Source: Lama glama
Lineage: Eukaryota
Reading direction: 5' to 3'
Length of the DNA: 64,000 bases
Assembly: GCA_028534125.1 (NCBI GenBank)
Contig: CM052823.1
Span: forward strand, 86,924,001-86,988,000
Shown: positions 38,021 through 51,264 of the stretch, one piece after another
Numbering within the stretch: position 1 is the stretch's first letter
How the letters are laid out: the number at the start of each line of letters is the position of its first letter
Notes under the pieces: model-generated
What the model saw: only the letters and a program-made list of their open reading frames with translations
The model's database searches: none
Told to the model about the DNA's origin: nothing
Translations under genes and position numbers: made by a program

Positions 38021-38298
38021 GAGCATTCATTATCATTATTCTATTATATTAAATTTTATTATAAATTATAATTATAAAAATGACTCTCTACAATAAACAT
38101 TAAACCAAAAGGGATTTGGTGTTCAGTCTTAATTAAATATTTGTATCTGCCAGTGTTCTGCTTAATTGGAGTTTGACCGTATTAAATGATAATAAATGAA
38201 CCTCACATTTGTGGAGAGCACGTCCAGGCTTAACTGCCCCTCTCGACCCCAGCAGCACCCCTGCAAGGGAACTCAACAAGACATAATGGGAAATGTGT

Positions 38299-38323
38299 AC
38301 ACACACACACACACACACACACA
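38299..38323. repeat. (AC)n microsatellite
   Basis: Directly visible. Confidence 0.95.
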
Positions 38324-38949
38324 CGGTGGGACCTCGGGTGAGTCACAGCGTCCAGGGCTCCGATCTCATTTAAGGCCCACGTTGTGGCTTTAGATGACCA
38401 GGCCACAGCATGGCTTTCTAATGGGGCTTCCTGGCCTCACAGGGGTCTGGCGGGCACAGGGGGGAGTTGGCACGGCAGGAGGGGAGGAGAGGAGGATGGC
38501 CATGGTCCCTGAGAAGTGATGGGGTGCATCTCCCCTCTCTTTTTGCTTTCAAGAAGACCCCCCAGCTGCTGTCCCTGGAAGACCCCACCCTGACAAAGGA
38601 GGTTCCTTCTCCCCCCTTCTCGACCCAACAGTGAGTTTGGCAAAGAGGGGATGTTTCCTTGGAAGAATGGAAGACCACGTCCTGCAGATGCTTCCTGGGT
38701 AACTGCTTCCCATTCTTTCAGTCACTGGGTTCCTATATGATGTGTTTCTGAGGTGCTCGGAGCCTCCGTGCAGAAGTCCCATGTCACAAATACACTAAGA
38801 AATCTTCGGGGGCGAGGGGACACAGCGCAGGCACGATTACGGGGCTTCATTGCACTAGACATGTGGGTCCACATGCCGGAGGCCATGCCACAAAAGAGAG
38901 TTTAGAAAGAGAATAATGATGACGATGATGATGATAATGATGATGGAAT

Positions 38950-39670
38950 AACAACTATCATTTACTGAGCACCTATTATGTGCTGTCATCTCGTTTAATT
39001 ATCCCATCATCCCTCTGAAATAATCAATGCTATGTCCAACGGATGGTGAAACTGAGACTCAGGGAGGTGGAATAATCTGCCCAGATACTCAGTAAGCAAA
39101 TGCCAGAGTTGGAATTCAAATCTAGGTAGCTCCCCTCCTAAACTAATGTCCAGCACTTACCTGGCTCATGGTATTCTCAGTGGGAGTTGTTTGAAACAGA
39201 CGAATTTAAGGCATGCCTCCTGATGCCAAGCCCTGGCTGAGGTGGTTTTATATGGTATCTCACTGAATCTCCAGAACAGCCTTTGTGGGGCATGTGTTAT
39301 TATTCTCAGCTTACAGATGAGAAAACTGAGGCTCAGAGGTTCGTCCAAGGTCACAAGTAAAGGCCTTTTTAGGAAAGCACCCCTAGGGAGAAGGAATCAG
39401 GAGCAAGTTGGACCAAGGATCAGAGCCCAGGAGCCAGAAAGCACTAGGGAAGGGGTAGGGCTCCTCGTTGGATACTGTCTCCACCCACAGGAGGCACCAG
39501 AGGGTCCAGGAGTAACTATGATTTTGGACAAGCCACCCCAGCCTCAATTTCCTCATCTGAAAAATGGGCCACCAACACCTACTGTACAGGGTTGTCGAGA
39601 GGATTAAATGAGATAAAGCCCATGACACGCCTGGAGCAATACCAAGCTCACAGGGAACGCCTGACAAATG
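38950..39670. mobile_element. Cluster of three MIR fragments (two minus, one plus)
   Basis: catttactgagcacctattatgtgc; ttacagatgagaaaactgaggctcagagg; gcctcaatttcctcatctgaaaaatggg...gaggattaaatgagataa. Confidence 0.72.
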
Positions 39671-41249
39671 TGACACCCTCTACTCCTCCCCACTTTCCCT
39701 TTTCTACCCATCTCTGTCAGCTGGTCAGCATTCCTGGCATCTGTAAGACCAGCCCGACAACCCACCCGACCTGTCCCTGGCACTGGCCCAGCACCAGTGT
39801 GTCATGAGGGTTTATGGGACAAGAGCCATCTGAGCTGCTCTCTGGCTGTTTAACCTTGTATAGCTCACTTACCCTCTCTGGGTCTCAGTCTGGGCTGCCT
39901 GGGGAGGTTGAGGGCAGGGGGTGCTGAGTGGACCATCTCTGGGACTCATGACCTCACCATCCCTGAGTGAGCCCCTCACCCCCGGCTCTGTCTCCCCGAG
40001 CCTGCACTGCCTTCATGCTGAGCCTGCACGTGAAGGCTCTGAGGCCCGAGGACCATCCCCAAAGGCATTGCCAGAGGTTCCTTCCTTACACATTCCAGGT
40101 GACAGACCCATCCATCTTTCTCCCACAGTCCCTAGTGGGGGCCCTCCCACTTCAGCAGGGGACAGGAAAATGACTCAGCCCCCACAACCCCCTCCTCAGA
40201 CTCATACACTCACAGCAGCCTTGCTTTGGAAAAAGGGTGGTTTTCATTTCTTTCCCTTTTTTTTTTTTCCTTCAAGCACTCTTACTCATCTGCCCCTGGG
40301 CTGTCTCTCCCATGGGCCTCCGTGGTCTGGGCCAGGAGTCTGTGGCCAACCCTTCTCCATCCTCTCCTGGTGGAGGGTCCCGCCATCCGGGCGGGCTGTG
40401 TGGCCCTACTGCGCGTGGTGGGAAAGAGGCTGGCCTCTGNNNNNNNNNNNNNNNNNNNNNNNNNNNNNNNNNNNNNNNNNNNNNNNNNNNNNNNNNNNNN
40501 NNNNNNNNNNNNNNNNNNNNNNNNNNNNNNNNNNNNNNNNNNNNNNNNNNNNNNNNNNNNNNNNNNNNNNNNNNNNNNNNNNNNNNNNNNNNNNNNNNNN
40601 NNNNNNNNNNNNNNNNNNNNNNNNNNNNNNNNNNNTGGACCAAAGCTCCATGGTGGGTTGGGGGCTCAGGCCGGGGCTGGCAAGAGTGTGTGTGTGTGAG
40701 AGCGAGATGGGGATCCTTGGGACCCCACCTGGGAATGGATTTGTCCACCTTCTTCCCCTGCCTCCCCATCCTGAGGTTGCCATGGAAGTCTGCAGAGAAC
40801 TTCTCATTAAGAAGAGAAAAAAGCAGCGGCAGCAGCAACAGGAGGAAAGCATTTCCCGGAATCCGGGAGGAAGCGTGAGTCACCGGGCCTGCTCAGTGGG
40901 CCCTGCGTGGCCACTGCAGCTCCTGCCCAGGAGGCCAGCATCGCGCCAGGCCTGCCCGCATAGACATGCCCGCTGCCCAGGCTGACGCAATCTCCAGGAA
41001 TGCAAACAAAAGCTGGGTGGAGGGGCCTTCCGAGGGCCGGGGCGCCGGGCCAGGCAGGAGGGAATGAGCCTGGAGGAGAGAGGCCTGCGGAGGGGGCCTC
41101 GCGCCTCAGACGAGCCCCTCTCTGATGCCTTTGGAGCCCAGGCTTCTGGGAAGGCTCCTAACTCCTGGTGTCACCTGCCCTGGCGCTGCCACCTCTAGCC
41201 TGGCCTCTAGATTCCTCCTCGTGGGGCGGGGCAGGAGTTCCCCCGGATC

Positions 41250-41440
41250 AGAGGTTCTAGAACTGGTCTCTGGATCAGTAGCATCAGCATTACCTGGGAT
41301 TGGCCAGAAATGCCCAGCCCCTGCCCCAGCCCTAGCAAATCAGAAACGTGGAGGCGGCCGTGGTGGGCGGAGTCCAAAGATCTGTGCTTTAACAAGCCTG
41401 CCAGGTGATTCTGACGCACGCTCAAGTTTGATGACCACTG
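41250..41440. mobile_element. MER5A-like hAT element
   Basis: cagtagcatcagcattacctggga...tctgtgctttaacaagcctgccaggtgattctgacgcacgctcaagtttgatgaccactg. Confidence 0.8.
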
Positions 41441-41924
41441 CGCTTCTCTTTAGCCATTAAGTCGACTTCAAACCCACACTTGCGAGTTATTTATTCAGAA
41501 AATTAAGAGGTGGTGCGCAAGTCGTACTTACCGTGTGCCAGCTACCAGGCTAACCGCTTTCCCCGTGCTAACTCCTTTAATCCCCACATCCACCCTGTGA
41601 GGTCAGGTTCTGTGATCATTTTGCCATTTTACAGGTGACATAAGTGCGGCTTTTCAGCCAGAAGCCAGCGTTCTGGGACCTTGGAGGTGATGGGAGATGC
41701 TGGGCCCAATTCAGATGTGGCCCGTGCTGGTTAATTGGTTTTGGGGGCTGACCTTTGCCTGGGTAGCTTTTCTTAAATGCCCTTCAGAAGCTGGTGCTGC
41801 CTCCTAAGAGGTGGTAGTGGGGAGAACCTCCCTCCAGAACAGGGGAAGACAGGAAATCAGGCTGGCAGACGGAGAGAAACAAGTGAGGAAAGAGGCCGGG
41901 CCTGAGATGTAGGGTCCTATAGAA

Positions 41925-42087
41925 TCTGGTTTCTCCAAGTGTGATCCCTGGACTAGCAGCATCAACATTACCCAGGAGACTGTTAGAAATTCAGAATCTA
42001 GGGCCCTGCCCCAGACCTGCTGAATCCAAATCTACATTTTAATACAATCCCTCAGGGTTCGTGTACACATTCAGGTTGAAGAAGCAT
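41925..42087. mobile_element. MER5B-like hAT element
   Basis: tggtttctccaagtgtgatccctggactagcagcatcaacattacc...ccccagacctgctgaatccaaatctacattttaa. Confidence 0.75.
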
Positions 42088-43499
42088 GAGGTGGGGCACT
42101 CAGGTACATTCCCTTGCCTCTTCCTACCACAGAGGGGGACCGGATAACAGGATCTGGGATCTGCATCAGCCTCAGCCCAGCTCCACTGGGGCTCCAGCTC
42201 TCAGGTTAGCACAAACACCACCTCAGGGCCCTGGAGGGAGCCTCCAGCCCTTAAAACCCACAGCCAAACAAATCCTAGACTCTCCTTTTGCTGAGTCCTC
42301 TCTTCCCAAGGTCAAGGATCTTCACCCCTTTACCCTCTCTTCCTAGAATGTGCGCTCTGGGTTAAAACCCAGGCTGTGCCACTTACTGTGATTACTGTAA
42401 ACTTCTCTGTGCCTTGATTTTCCTTTTCTGTAAAATAGGGTAGCGATAATTCCTAGATCATATTTTTTTTTGTATGCAGATTAAATCTGTGAATACACAT
42501 AAAGTACTAGAACGGTGCCTGGCACATAACTCCCCCAATTAACATTAGCTACTTGCTTTCAGCCCACGTTCTTTACCTCCTCTGGCTGGCCCTTGGGCTG
42601 GGGTGGGATGGAGGAAAGGCGGTGCTGACCTGTGAGGCATCAGTGCCAAGGCTGGGCTACTGGATTGGATTCCGGAGGTGACAGGGGCTCCTGTTGAGGG
42701 GAGAAGGAAATGGATTTGCATGATGCCTGTGATATGCCAGGCTCAGTGCCAGGCATTTCCCTCCTCGCCACAGTTGTACTAGGAAAGTACTGTCATGCTC
42801 TGAGCTTACAGAAAGGACTGAGGCCCCAGAAGTGCAGTGACCAACCCAAGGTCACAGTTCATGAAGGACAGAGGAAGTACTTGGTGGGTCTGTGTGGCCA
42901 GCCTGACCTCAGTCCCACGCTCACTTCACATGACCCCATTCTTCTGCCTCCACTACAGCTCAGTGCGGTCCCTCGGGGAGACAGAGGAATCCAGCAGGTC
43001 AGAGCTGGCCAAGGAATGGGGAGGCTGATGGGTCCCGGGGATGCGGTTCATGGCTCTTTCCCTGGAACCTCAGTTTCCTTTGGTGATGCCTCACTCTTGC
43101 AAGGAGCAGGGAAGGTCTTCCGAGCGGACCTATAGTGAGGTTAGCTGCTCCTGGCGTTGCTTCCCCAGCACAGTTTGCCCATCCCTCTGTCCCATGACTG
43201 GAAGGCAGGACTTTGGCAGATGTGTTAAAACCCCAGAAGGGGGAACTTCTGGTTTCAGCACTGTTGCATAAAAAGCTTGGAAGTTGTCGCTCCATCCTCA
43301 CAACAAGGAAAGCTGACCAAACGGAAAGCCAACAACTTTTAGATCCATCAGAGAATTAAGGTCACAGGGCAAATGGCCACTCTGAAATCTGGAGAGACGG
43401 GTGACTTCAGAGAATCACAGCCAAGATCAGCTTACCTACAGCAGAAGCCACCAAAGCCAGTGACTGTGAGGGACACTTAAACAGTCAAGTAAAAACCGC

Positions 43500-43683
43500 T
43501 GTCTTGAGGTAGGATTGACATACAAAAAGTTGTGTATATTTAATGTTTACAACTTGATGAGTTTGCACATATGTATATATCCATTAAACAGCACCACAGT
43601 CTATAAATATATCCACCCCTCCAAATCTTTCCTCCCTCCCTCTTTTATTATTATTATTGTTGTTGTTGTTGCTGTTGTTATTA
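43500..43683 (-). mobile_element. Short antisense L1 3'-end fragment nested in the larger L1
   Basis: ttgaggtaggattgacatacaaaaagttgtgtatatttaatgtttacaacttgatgagtttg. Confidence 0.65.
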
Positions 43684-45659
43684 AATGGTAATTTTTATGA
43701 ACTGCTGGAAGCTGAGTGTGAACTGATTTGAAAGTTAAAAACTAATGGGGAAAAAAAAGAATATTAAAAAAAAAAAGGAAAAGAACCTAATGGGGGCCCA
43801 GTCTTAGGCTTACCATTCATTCGTGGGTTTTATCCCTAGGAACCCTACCAGATTCACATGGTAAAGATCAGAGAACAGCCCTCTCTCTTTGGGGCAGAAG
43901 AAATAAGCACTTTGAAATACGCCCAGAGTCTTTTCCGTAACAAAGGCCTACTCCTCAGGAGAAATTACCAGAGCCTTGCCTGACTTAGGGGCAGGGCAAT
44001 CAAACAACGCCAGCCCCCTGGAGCCTTACTGTCTCATTTAAGGGGAGAAAAAAAATTAGGGCTAAGCTATGCTTCTAAAGGTCACAGCCCAGGGACTCAG
44101 GCCACCTAAAAATCTGAGATTGAATGACAAGAACATAGAATTCTTCCCCTCCCCAACACTGAATCACTATTACAGCAGGTCTGATGGGGGTTACAATAGA
44201 AAAAACTGCAAGACACAGGCTCTTTTTAGAAAGGAAAACCTGAAGTTAACAAGGGAAGAAACAAACAAGGAAATTCTAGAAAACTGAAGCCTACAGCTAC
44301 GGCAAACCTTAAACACAGACCAGTTCCTAGCCAAATTAACATAAAGCTTCACACTAAAAGCCTAACCACCTCTGTTCCTAAAACCTGACATATGTCTCCC
44401 TTTCAACAAAAAATTAAATGGCATTCTAAAAGACAAGAAAAAGTGTGAAAAGCCAAAGCAAGCGTTAGAACCGGACTCAGCTATCACAGAGATATATGGA
44501 ATTAAACAGACAGAAGATGCAAAATAACTATGGTGAATATTCCAATGGAAAAAGTAAATAACATGCAAGAACACATGAGTGATGGAAACAGAGAGATGGA
44601 AACTGTAAGGAAAAAAATCAAAAGGAAATGCGAGAAATCAAAAACATTCTATCAAATGAAGAATGTCTTTAATGGGCTTATCCGTAAACTAGACTTGGCC
44701 AAGGCAAGAATCACTGAGCANNNNNNNNNNNNNNNNNNNNNNNNNNNNNNNNNNNNNNNNNNNNNNNNNNNNNNNNNNNNNNNNNNNNNNNNNNNNNNNN
44801 NNNNNNNNNNNNNNNNNNNNNNNNNNNNNNNNNNNNNNNNNNNNNNNNNNNNNNNNNNNNNNNNNNNNNNNNNNNNNNNNNNNNNNNNNNNNNNNNNNNN
44901 NNNNNNNNNNNNNNNNNNNNNNNNNNNNNNNNNNNNNNNNGCTTAGGGAATACTGAGTAGGCAAAATACAAAAATATCTATGAAAAGAATTGCAGGAAAC
45001 CAAAGATAAAGATAAAATCCCAAAAGAAGCCAGAGGAAAAATATGCTTTGCCCGCAGAATAATAAGGATAAGAATTCCACCAGGCTTCTCATCAGAAACT
45101 ATGTAAAGAAGAAGAGAGTGGAGTGAAAATTTTAAAGTATTGATGGAAAAAATAAAAACCTCATCAACCTGAATTCTGTATCCAGCAAAATTATACTTCA
45201 GGAGTGAAAGAGAAATAATGACTTTCTCAGACAAACAAAAGCTGAGGGAGTTTGTCACCAGAGGTCCTGCTTTCCAAGGGATGTGAAAAGAAGTTCTTCA
45301 AGAGAGGAAAATTATGCAGGTCAGAACTCGGATTTACACAAGGAAAGGCAGAATTTCAGAGACGGAGTATGAAAAGAACAAAAAATCTTTTCTGTTTCTT
45401 ATTCTTAACTGATCTAGTAGATAACTGTTCAAAGTAAAAATAGTAAAAATGATAGCAAAAAAAAAAAAATAACGGAAGTCTTTATGGTGATTATAGCATG
45501 TGGATAAGTGAAGCAAATACCAACAATGTTGTAAGGGGTGGGAAGGAAAATTGGGAATACTTTGCTATAAGACACCATGAATTAATATAGACTTATTGAA
45601 AGTGGACTTAGATTAGTTGTAAATGTGTATTATAAAACTCTAGGGCAAAAACTAAAAAA

Positions 45660-45718
45660 GGGGGAAGGGTATAGCTCAAGTGGTGGAGCACATACTTAGC
45701 ATGTACAAGGTCTTGGGT
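45660..45718 (+). mobile_element. Vic-1-type SINE head (runs into N gap)
   Basis: ggggaagggtatagctcaagtggtggagcacatacttagcatgtacaaggtcttgggt. Confidence 0.85.
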
Positions 45719-45998
45719 NNNNNNNNNNNNNNNNNNNNNNNNNNNNNNNNNNNNNNNNNNNNNNNNNNNNNNNNNNNNNNNNNNNNNNNNNNNNNNNNNN
45801 NNNNNNNNNNNNNNNNNNNNNNNNNNNNNNNNNNNNNNNNNNNNNNNNNNNNNNNNNNNNNNNNNNNNNNNNNNNNNNNNNNNNNNNNNNNNNNNNNNNN
45901 NNNNNNNNNNNNNNNNNNNNNNNNNNNNNNNNNNNNNNNNNNNNNNNNNNNNNNNNNNNNNNNNNNNNNNNNNNNNNNNNNNNNNNNNNNATGTTGGC

Positions 45999-46131
45999 GG
46001 GGGAAGGAATAGCTCAAGTGGTAGAGCGCATGCTTAGCATGCACGAGGTCCTGGGTTCAATTCCTGGTACCTCCTCTAAAAATAAATAAACCTAATTGCC
46101 TCCTGCCTACCACCAAAAAAAAGAAAAAAAA
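45999..46131 (+). mobile_element. Vic-1-type SINE
   Basis: gggggaaggaatagctcaagtggtagagcgcatgcttagcatgcacgaggtcctgggttcaattcc...aataaataaacctaattgcctcc plus A tail. Confidence 0.88.
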
Positions 46132-49039
46132 CTATATTAAAAAAAAGGAAATTTAACTGATGTACTAAGAGAAGGGATAAAACAGAATCATGTAAAACCA
46201 GATTAAGGCAGGAGAAAGAAAACTTAAAAAAAGAAAAAAGTGCAACAAATAGAAAACAATTATAAACATGGTAAATATTAATCCAGCTATATTTGTAATT
46301 ACCTTCAATGTGAACGGTGTAAATATACCAATTAAAAGACAGAGACAAGCAGAGGCATAACAAAACAGGACTCAACTGTCTGTTGTCTACAAGAAGCCCA
46401 CTTTAAAAATAAAGACACAGAGAGATGAGAAGTAAAGGGCTAGAGAAAGCTCTACCATGCTAACTCTAATCAGAGAAAGGTGGAGTGCCGACATTAATGT
46501 CAGACACAGCGGACTTCAAAACAAGAAACGTGATCGTGGATAAAGTGGGGCATTACCTGATAATAAAGGGATGGGTTCTCCACAAGGTGTAACAGTCCTT
46601 CATGTGTCTGCATCTAACAAAAGAACATCAAAGTATGTGAGCCTAAATACTAATAGAGCTGCCAGGAGAAAGAGACAAAACCATGTTATATTTGGAGACT
46701 TCAACACCCCTCTTTCAGGAATGGACAGATCCAGTAGGCAGAAAATCAGGAAGGATGTAGTTGATCAACCAACTTGATCTAACTTACAGGCACGTCATCC
46801 AACAACAGCAGAGTACACGGTCAGCTCAAGTTCACTTGGAGCATTCATCAAGACAGACCACCCACCGGGACATACAACCCACCTGAACGAATCAAAAAGA
46901 ACAGCATCTGGATGGGCCTTTGGTTGTTTCCCAAGAGACCAAGATGTTGTTTAGGGAACTGGGCCCCTGCAGCCTGGCAGACCTGGGGTACAGTGTGAGG
47001 TCCATCGCTCACCTGCTGTGTGACCTTGGACCAGTCATTTCATCTCTTCGTCTGCAGAGTGAGGGCAGTAACAGGAACTACTTCATGGGTAGATGCTCTG
47101 AGGATGAAATAAAACATCTCATGGAAAGTGATTTAAACCCTCCCTGGCTCCAGGCTAAGACCTCAGTAAAAATGCCTGCTCACTAATGGAGCTAGTAAGA
47201 CAGAAGGAACAGTCTGTGTCCCTGCCGGTCATAGCAGACTCAAACTCGGGTTCCCTTGTAGTCCTGGAGATGCGTCACACCCTCGGGGAGCAGGTGCCAC
47301 CGGCTCCTGGCAGGTGGGATTATAATGTATGACCAGTCTCCTCGTTTTGTCAATGAGGAAACCGAGGCTCAGAGGCTAAAGTCACGTGCCCAGAGCTGGG
47401 GTTTCAATTCAAGTCTGTTGGTCTGTTTCCCTTTAGCAAAGGGAAAAAAAGATATAGACTGAATTGTATATATATGATTGTGTGTGGGAGCATGTGTGTG
47501 TGTTTCATTGCCCTATGACGGTAGGAATACTGGCAATTGATTTTTCCAGTTTTCTCAATATTTCTAATTTTGTTTCAGAAGCATAATGGGGAAACATTCA
47601 AAATATAGAGCCAAAGGTTTAGAGAATTAATGTTGGGCTGGGCTAGGTGTCCTGAGGACTTCACTTTCTTAAAGATTCTGTGGAGGAACAGGGAACCTCA
47701 TCGCTCTGCACTCCCGAGATGAACTGTGCGGATCAAGATTTTCTGAGCCCCTATTCACTGATCTGCACTCTCATGAGTTTGCAACAAAGTTTTCATTTGT
47801 TTTTTTTCCTCCCTCTCTTCCTTTCTCTTCTTTCCTTGCTTTCGTTCTCTCTCTTTTTTGTTTTGGCCAGAAAGCGAAGATAAAGCATAAGCATTGTTGA
47901 TATTTTTCTAGCACGACTTAAATGTCTGGTACTTAGAAAAGATGAGATCATTAGGTTGTTGGGATTTGGACGGGGAGGTAAGAGAAAACTCAGCTCTAAA
48001 AATACACCTCCTTTCTTTCTTATTTGTATGAAACTTTTTTCGAAGGCTTCTCAGGGGCCAAAGAACAAGCACACAAACAAAATCAGGTCATGGCCGTTCT
48101 ACTCTCTGCCCCTTGCCCAGCTGGACCCTGGGTGGAGCCGCAGGATAAAGGTCTGGGGGACTCCAGGGAGCACAGCCAGCATGCCCCGAAGTGGCGGGAG
48201 CCCCTCATGCCCTGGCTGGGGCTCAGGAGTAGAGGGAAGCAATTGGAGCCGGTAGCCAGGCTCCCCTCAACCCAGCAGAGGGTCGGTGCTCAGGGGGTGG
48301 GGCCCCGCACCCTCCTCTCTGAAGTGGCGCTGTTGTGAGAGCCCAGTGGGAGGACACATGGGCCAGCGGAAGAGAGGACCAGGCTGGGCCAGGAGCTCAG
48401 GCAGCGTGGGCTGGACCCGATCTACGCAGATGGCCTGGGGCAGGAAAGGGGCTTCTGCAGGTCAGAAAGCATGTGTTCTGAGAACCCCTCGTTCTGCTCC
48501 GGGCTTGGGACCCTCATGCCTCTGTGCATCACTCCGTCTTGCAGCTCTGGTGCTTTCCTCACCTCGTGTCCAAGTCATGTGAATCCTTAACGCCATGTCC
48601 TGCTCCTCCCCTCCCCAGGGCTCCAGCAGCCACCTGCCTGTGCCATCTTGAGGCAGTGTGAGGGAGAGACCAGGAGGCTGGGGGCTGGTCTCCCTCTCCT
48701 GGGAGAAGGCCTGGTCCTGGACTTGCCAGGTTTTAAGCATCTGATGTAGGGCGGTGGAAAGGACTCTTGATTCATCTCAGAAGCCCCAAATGCCTCACGG
48801 TCCTGCCCCCAAACTGCCCGGGCCACCTCAGACCTCAGGTTCCGCCCCAGGAAATGGGCCATCTGAGCTACACACTGGGAAGGGACTTCTCAGCACTGCG
48901 GTCTGAAGGGAAGGGAAGGGATGGCTGGAGGGAAGCTGGCAGGGAGCTAAGCTAAGGGACCCTCTCCCAAGGGTCCCCACCTCCTCCAGTCCGGTTCCCC
49001 AGCAGGGTTTGAGGCAGCGGCAGCTACTGGGTAACGCAG

Positions 49040-49370
49040 ACCAGATGCAGCCCTCTCCCCAGCCACGCTCGGCGGCCTTCCTCCTCCGAGGCCTGGGGGA
49101 TATTTGAAACTCCACGGAGTTTGGCTTCAGAGCCCGGAGTGGAAACCACAGCTCCATGACGCGAGCGCATATGATCTCCCTGGGAGAAGGGAGACGACGG
49201 GCCTCGGAAAGCGAGAGACAAGCTGGAGGTCGCTGGCTCCGGAGATCACTTAGGATGGTGTCTGGGAGCCGCAGGGAGGGCAAGCCCCGCGCGCTGGGCT
49301 GGGATGGAGGCAGGACCTCGGAGGTGGCGGGCTCTCTGATACCAGAATATGGAGCAAAGGCCGGGGCCCC
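49040..49370. promoter_or_regulatory. Intergenic CpG-enriched block, candidate enhancer or lncRNA promoter
   Basis: Locally dense CpGs (gacgcgagcgc, ccgcgcgct, cggcggcc) in sequence that does not look repeat-derived. Confidence 0.35.
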
Positions 49371-51264
49371 TTAGAGGGGATACTTGCACCCAGAATGGGA
49401 GCTGGACATCCACCAAGGAACCATCCTATATCTCCCACCCACCCCAATGTGAGCACATGTTTTCAAAGCTTTGCTTGCCAGACAAATCATTGAAGAAGAA
49501 AAATTCCATTGAGAAAGAATGAACCCCCCTGACTTCCTCGGGGATGGACCGAGCAACTGAGTTTGCAGAAATGAGTGGGAAATGGTTCCAAAGTCACTGC
49601 CAGCTAAGATACCCCAGCTTCTACCACTGCCTAGTGGGATAACTTTGGGCCAATAATTTAATATTTCCAGACTCAGATTCCCATTTGGCCAGCGGAAATA
49701 CTAAGCCTCATCTTCGGGTGGGGGTGGGGGTGGGGACTGTAAGATGTGCATGAAAGGGACCAGCAGAGGGCCACAGAGGCGGGCGCTGTTACTTCTAAAT
49801 GACATGAATTAAATCCTCATTTTCCAATTCTAAGTAATTGGGACCATCATAACTGCCCATCAGCACTGTGATGGGCAAAAATATCTGAGACCCCTGCCCC
49901 CGCGGGGTTGGGGTGATCCAGGCTGTGAGCGCAGCACCTCCTGGCCAAAGTGATGGTCGGGGGCGGGCCCTTTGAATGCTGCTGGTGCTCAGGCATCAGG
50001 CCTCCCACAGGCAGGACCCAGGGCTGAGACCATCTCTGCCCATCCTTCCGGCCTGAGGGTCTTTCCCTCCAGAGGTGAGGGCTCAGGCAGGGCACTGGGT
50101 CCCCAGGCTTTGCTTCTGCTCACCCTACTCGCCTGGGGTGCTCTGGGCTGGCTACTTGGCCCTTTCTGTGCCATGGAGATGACTTGCCTGGTCACTTAGC
50201 AACCTCAGTTTCCTCATGTATGAAATGGGACCAGCAGGCACGTTGGAGCGCCGTGGAGGGGTGCTGTGAGGGGTGGGGAGAGTGGTCAATGCGTCTGGCT
50301 ATGTGATCCTCCCAGCATTCAGGGGAGAGGCCTTGGGCTTCAGGGCATCAAGGAATGGAATGCAGAGCAGGCTGCTGCCCTCGGGGGTCAAGTCCCAGGA
50401 GAAGGGGATACCCACTGGCATGGGCTGTGGGTGTGGGTGGGGCAGGTTCTCCTTAAGCCTAAGATTTGTAGAAGGAAAGAGATTGGACTTGGTAATGGAA
50501 TAGGCCCCCGGGCCCGATAGTGAAGGTTTTCCAGCCCTGCCAAATCCTGCCCTCCCTTATGTCCATCGCTTCATTCCCTGTGGCTACTCATTCCACAGGC
50601 ACCTCTCAAGCAGGCTGTCTGCTTCCTGAGCTGGGGTACAGAGCTGAGCGTGGTGCCTGCCCTCATGGAGCCCCCACTCCACATGGGGGAGGAAGACCTG
50701 AAACAAACAGCCAAATACATCAGGACCAAGTTACAACACTTAACAGGAGCCAGGAAGGAAGAGACAGGATATTACAAGTGCATAACAAGGCCAACTCGTC
50801 CTGAAGGCCAGTACTTGCTCCATACCTGGCAGGGCCCTACCCCTTGGACTCGCTGGTTCCCCTCGACAGTCCTGTGTGGCGGGAGCCATCATTACCTCCA
50901 TCCGACAGATGAGGAAACTGGGCAGAGCCCAGACCTCAACTGTCCCCCTAACTCTGTGCCCAAGGAGGGCAGGATTCCTTCTTCCTTTCCCCACAAATGA
51001 GGAAACTGAGACTTTGAGAGGAGATCAAATGTTTTTCTCATGGTCACAGATAGGAATGGCTGAGTTCCCTGACCCTTCTCCTCCGACCAAACTCCAACCA
51101 GCCCAGGACAGAATTTTTAGCCTCGTGAAGAGAAATCAGCATGCTAGGGGAGACGGTGGACATTGTGGAAGATCAGTTGTATATTCATGACCCAGGGCGA
51201 TCTTGTCTGTCCTGCGCCAGTCTGTCCAGGTGCCACGTCCTCCGGGGACTCCTGAGACTGAAAT

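Larger units (their letters stand above)
43239..46904 (+). mobile_element. 3'-truncated old L1 (L1M 5' end): 5'UTR, ORF1 remnant, ORF2 endonuclease remnant, with internal insertions and gaps
   Basis: ORF1p-like peptides (EKVNNMQEHM...MKNVFNGLIRKLDLAKARITE; FSSETM; TFSDKQKLREFVT) and endonuclease motifs (NVNG, CCLQE, YHAN, GDFNTPLS.MDRSSRQKI). Many stops and frameshifts. Confidence 0.88.

Noticed and set aside
44530-46777. Domesticated or active L1 protein gene
   Set aside because: Multiple stops, frameshifts and SINE insertions; ORF2 truncated after the endonuclease.
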